A DNA stretch of 64,000 nt from Octopus bimaculoides (Eukaryota), in NCBI RefSeq assembly GCF_001194135.2, contig NC_068992.1, positions 27,491,128 through 27,555,127 of the forward strand. The letters run 5' to 3'. Shown one piece after another: positions 63,964 to 64,000 of this stretch (positions within the stretch are counted from its first letter, which is position 1; each line of letters begins with the position of its first letter). The position numbers and the translations under genes were made by a program. The notes beneath the pieces are model-generated. The model made no database searches and was not told the origin of the DNA. It was given only the letters and a program-made list of their open reading frames with translations.

Positions 63964-64000
63964 AAAGATTTGCCAATGTTCTGCGCCGTGAGGACCAAAG

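Noticed and set aside
1-64000. CRISPR array, operon, rRNA or other prokaryotic system
   Set aside because: No regular repeat-spacer array, no dense ORFs and no rRNA motifs; the DNA is metazoan and repeat-rich.

Overview
AT-rich, microsatellite-dense eukaryotic DNA with 8 N-gaps, five of them at (TA)n runs. The repeat families and composition suggest a cephalopod, probably Octopus (inference from recall; no database search was run). The window is mostly decayed mobile elements: RTE, CR1-like, Zenon-like and R4/Dong-like LINEs, a Ty3/gypsy pol remnant, Penelope-like remnants, five mariner pieces (one full length), a piggyBac-type MITE, a foldback palindrome and about 25 tRNA-derived SINE copies. 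No long host ORF exists; every long ORF in the supplied track is a gap, microsatellite or transposon artefact. A CpG-retaining zone at about 13.9-18.1 kb looks like a promoter cluster with splice donors on both strands. Several short minus-strand candidate exons can be joined in phase (27.2-29.7 kb and 47.0-48.9 kb), but I cannot name the product. There are no rRNA, true tRNA or CRISPR features. I do not see a clearly new biological system. The best leads are the zero-spacer palindrome, hammerhead-like motifs in (TA)n-embedded elements, the Naiad-type Penelope RT, a rearranged TTAGGG-bearing composite element, SINE tail swapping with both partner LINEs present, and the unnamed gene(s). Repeat boundaries are approximate (tens of bp) unless a TSD or TIR is quoted. 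Family assignments rest on remembered motifs.
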